NCBI GenBank assembly: GCA_964016885.1
Contig: OZ024754.1
Coordinates: 7,006,001 to 7,070,000, forward strand
Origin: Eledone cirrhosa
Taxonomy: Eukaryota
Direction of reading: 5' to 3'
DNA length: 64,000 nt
In this document: positions 59,426 through 64,000 of the stretch, one piece after another
Numbering within the stretch: the stretch's first letter is position 1
Layout of the letters: every line of letters begins with the position of its first letter
The notes under the pieces: generated by a model
Seen by the model: only the letters and a program-made list of their open reading frames with translations
Database searches by the model: none
What the model was told of the DNA's origin: nothing
Translations under genes and position numbers: made by a program

Positions 59426-59892
59426 TTCTGGTTTTATAATTTCACAAAGTTTTCCCAATAGAGAGAGAGTCGGTTTCTAACATAGACACAAGACTCTCTC
59501 ATTGGAATTTACACAACATCAACTAGGTAGATATGTATGTCTGCATGTGTAGATATGGATGTTATTGTATGTGTGGATGTGTATGTTTTGAGTTGTATGT
59601 GAGCATGTGTATATGCTTTGTATCTGTACATGTGTATATGCAGTTATTAGATGCAACATTTTTGGAATGTTTTACATATTTTTACTGTTCCATTAATGGA
59701 TTGGACTTGTAGTTTCCTAACTAGTTGTGTTCTTTCTGTTCCTGTGAAGCCTAGCTTCTCAAGATTTGTACTGAGGCAGTTACTAACATACCCCAGTGTC
59801 ACAATAATCACAGCCATAAATCTGAAGGTATAGTCGGGATGGAGTATCTGTAGATTTCTCATCAGTTCTGCATAAATATTCTCCTTTTCACT
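59426..59892 (-). mobile_element. R4/Dong-like RLE non-LTR retrotransposon 3' fragment
   Basis: EKENIYAELMRNLQIL...IIVTLGYV..L..NLEKLG...KLQVQSINGTVKI resembles the RLE C-terminus. The 3' end abuts (CATA)n at 59328-59425. Confidence 0.55.
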
Positions 59893-62516
59893 AATATAAT
59901 ATAATATAATATTATATTATAATATAATATAATATAATATAATATTATTATATATTCTAATATAATATAATATAATATAATATAATATTATATTATATTC
60001 TAATATAATATATAATATAATATAATATAATATTATATTATATTCTAATATAATATAATATAATATAATATAATATTATATTATATTATAATATATTGTA
60101 TTATATTATAATATAATATAATATAATTGTTTCTACTTTAGGCACAAGGCCAGCAATTACCCAGTGCATTACTGGTACTTTATATAATATAATATAATAT
60201 TATATTATATTATATTAGGGCGGTGGATGGGCAGTATCGATAGAGGGTTGCACGCCATGCTAGAAAGCATGGCGTCCAACCCTCTACCGATACTGCCAAT
60301 TCACCGCCCTTATAATATAATATAATATAATATAATATTATATTACAATATAATATAATATATTACAATATAATATAATATAATATAATATAATATAATA
60401 TAATATAATATAATATAATATAATATAATATAATATAATATAATATAATATAATATAATATAATATAATATAATATAATATATTATATTATAATATAATA
60501 TTATATTATTTATAATATAATATAATATAATATTATAATATAATATAATATAATATAATATAATATAATATAATAATATAATATAATATTATATTATATT
60601 ATAATATAATATATTATATTTTATTATAATATAATATAATATAATAATATAATATAATATAATATAATATTATATTATATTATATTATATTATAATATAA
60701 TATATTATATTTTATTATAATATAATATAATATAATATAATATAATATTATAATATAATATATTATAATATTATATTATATTATAGTATTATATTATAAT
60801 ATAATATAATATTATATTATATTATAATATAATATAATATAATATTATATTATAATATAATATAATATTATATTATATTATAATATAATATAATATAATA
60901 TTATATTATATTTGCCTTTCATCCTTACAGGCTCGATAAAATAAAGTACCAGTAATGCTGGCCTTGTGCCTAAAGTAGAAACAATTATATAATATAATAT
61001 AATATAATATAATATTATAATATTATATTATATTATATTATAATATAATATAATATAATATAATATAATATTATATTATAATATAATATAATATTATAAT
61101 ATAATATAATATAATATTATGTTATAATATAATAATATAATATAATATAATATAATATAATATAATAATATAATATAATATAATATAATATAATATAATA
61201 ATATTATATTATATTATATTATAATATAATATAATATAATATAATATAATATAATATAATATAATATTATATTATATTATAATATAATATAATATTATAT
61301 TATAATATAATATAATATTATATTATAATATAATATAATATTATGTTATAATATAATATTATAATATAATATAATATAATATAATATAATATAATATAAT
61401 AATATTATATTATAATATAATATAATATAATATTATATTATAATATAATATAATATAATATTATATTATAATATAATATAATATAATATTATGTTATAAT
61501 ATAATATAATATTATAATATAATATAATATAATATAATATAATATAATATAATATAATATAATATAATATAATATTATAATATAATATAATATTATATTA
61601 TATTATAATATAATATAATATAATATTATATTATAATATAATATATTATAATATAATTGTTTCTATTTTAGGCACAAGGCCAGCAATTACCCAGTACATT
61701 ACTGGTACTTTATTTTAACGACCCCGTAAGGATGAAAGGCAAAGTTAACCTCGGCAGGATTTGAACTCAGATCGTAAAGGGACGTAACTATGCTGGAAAG
61801 CATGTCCGACCCTCTACCGATACTGCCAATCCACCGCCCTGTATTACATTATAATATAATATAATATTATATTATAATATTATATTATATTATAATATAA
61901 TATTATATTATATTATAGAATAATATAATATTATATTATATTATAGAATAATATAATATTATATTATAATATTATATTATATTATAATATAATATTATAT
62001 TATAATATAATATAATATAATATTATATTATATTATAGAATAATATAATATTATATTATAATATTATATTATAATATAATATTATATTATATTATAGAAT
62101 AATATAATATTATATTATAATATTATATTATATTATATTATAATATAATATTATATTATATTATAATATAATATAATATTATATTGTAATATATTATATT
62201 ATAATATAATATATTATATTATAATATAATATATTATATTATAATATAATATATTATATTATAATATAATATAATATTATATTATATTGTAATATATTAT
62301 ATTATAATATAATATATTATATTATAATATAATATATTATATTATAATATAATATAATATTATATTATATTGTAATATATTATATTATAATATAATATAA
62401 TATAATATAATATAATATTATATTATATTATAATATAATATAATATAATATAATATAATATAATATAATATAATATAATATATTATATTATAATATATAT
62501 AATATAATATAATATA
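59893..62516. repeat. (TAATA)n/(TATTA)n AT satellite with embedded SINE-A pieces
   Basis: About 2.6 kb of almost pure A/T pentamer repeats. Confidence 0.95.
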
Positions 62517-63041
62517 TACATACATACGTACATACATACATGCATTGCTTTATATCTGGAGATCTCTCTGCACTTGTCGTCACAAGGTACCATGGGCCAA
62601 GCACTATGTCTCAATAATTGTCACAAATGTAGTGTTTGTACCAGAGTTTTCAAGTCGCTGGCTGGACCAAAAAGCCACACTCGTTCAGCGCATCGGTAGG
62701 GGTTCTCCTACATGGTTATAAAGTAGTGGCCGTACTCGAAAACGAGTTGGCAGCCACCATGTATATATATATATATATATAAAAAATGAAATAGAAAATA
62801 CAACTGGAGTCTTATTTCTGTGGTTTTTATCACTGAGAAAAACCACAGACCCTCCATCTCAACTCACCTTTTGAAAAGCAGAAGAACTGCGAAACCGGTA
62901 AAGGAACCAAATAGATATATATATTTTTTTTAAAATAAGACTCCAGTTGCATTTTCGATTTCATTTTTTTTGCTTTATTCTTTCACTTGTGTAGGACACC
63001 TCGGTTATTTTTCATTTTGTAAAAAAACAAAACCTCACTTT

Positions 63042-63091
<50 letters not shown>

Positions 63092-63304
63092 CGGAGGGCC
63101 ATATTCACTTGATATAATATAGAAATGGCTTCTACAGGACTAGAACTGTTTCATTCGGGATAAATCATCAAGAAGCCCCGATGATATCTCCCGAATGAAA
63201 CAGTTCTAGTCCTGTAGAAGCCATTTCTATATTAAATATTTATACTCTGCTTTGTATTGAGTACCTTACTTACTGTGGTTACCCCCGATTGAACCCAGGA
63301 TAAA

Positions 63305-64000
<696 letters not shown>

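Noticed and set aside
63170-63215. Hammerhead-like CCGATGA...GAAACAGTTC
   Set aside because: No convincing stem II or stem I, so it was counted only as a fold-back.

Overview
AT-rich, repeat-dense eukaryotic (animal) DNA. The (TA)n/(CA)n/(GAT)n microsatellites and the SINE repertoire suggest an octopod cephalopod; this is an inference. The window holds two convergent multi-exon genes. On the + strand are the last four coding exons of a TRIP11/GMAP-210-like golgin (GRAB domain, 4319-10226). On the - strand is a complete 32-exon Exportin-5 gene (52406 to 18884, 1185 aa as reconstructed by hand), which includes one U12-type minor intron. Mobile DNA comprises: a young GC-rich 5'-truncated L1/Tx1-type LINE with a 17-bp TSD; a full-length dead irritans-type (Hsmar2-like) mariner; an internally deleted Helitron with both ends; RTE, CRE-like and R4-like LINE remnants; piggyBac-, Tc2- and Tc1-type MITEs; and two abundant tRNA-derived SINE families. 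The most unusual signals are: (i) several minimal hammerhead-ribozyme-like motifs in short, often fold-back elements embedded in (TA)n tracts; (ii) a tandem array that multiplies an XPO5 splice acceptor into five potential in-frame 27-nt microexons just upstream of the U12 intron; (iii) nested inverted MITEs filling that U12 intron; (iv) a SINE whose internal 48-bp unit appears to seed minisatellites and whose 3' tail matches an RTE LINE in the same window. Nearly all ORFs in the supplied track are microsatellite or minisatellite artefacts.
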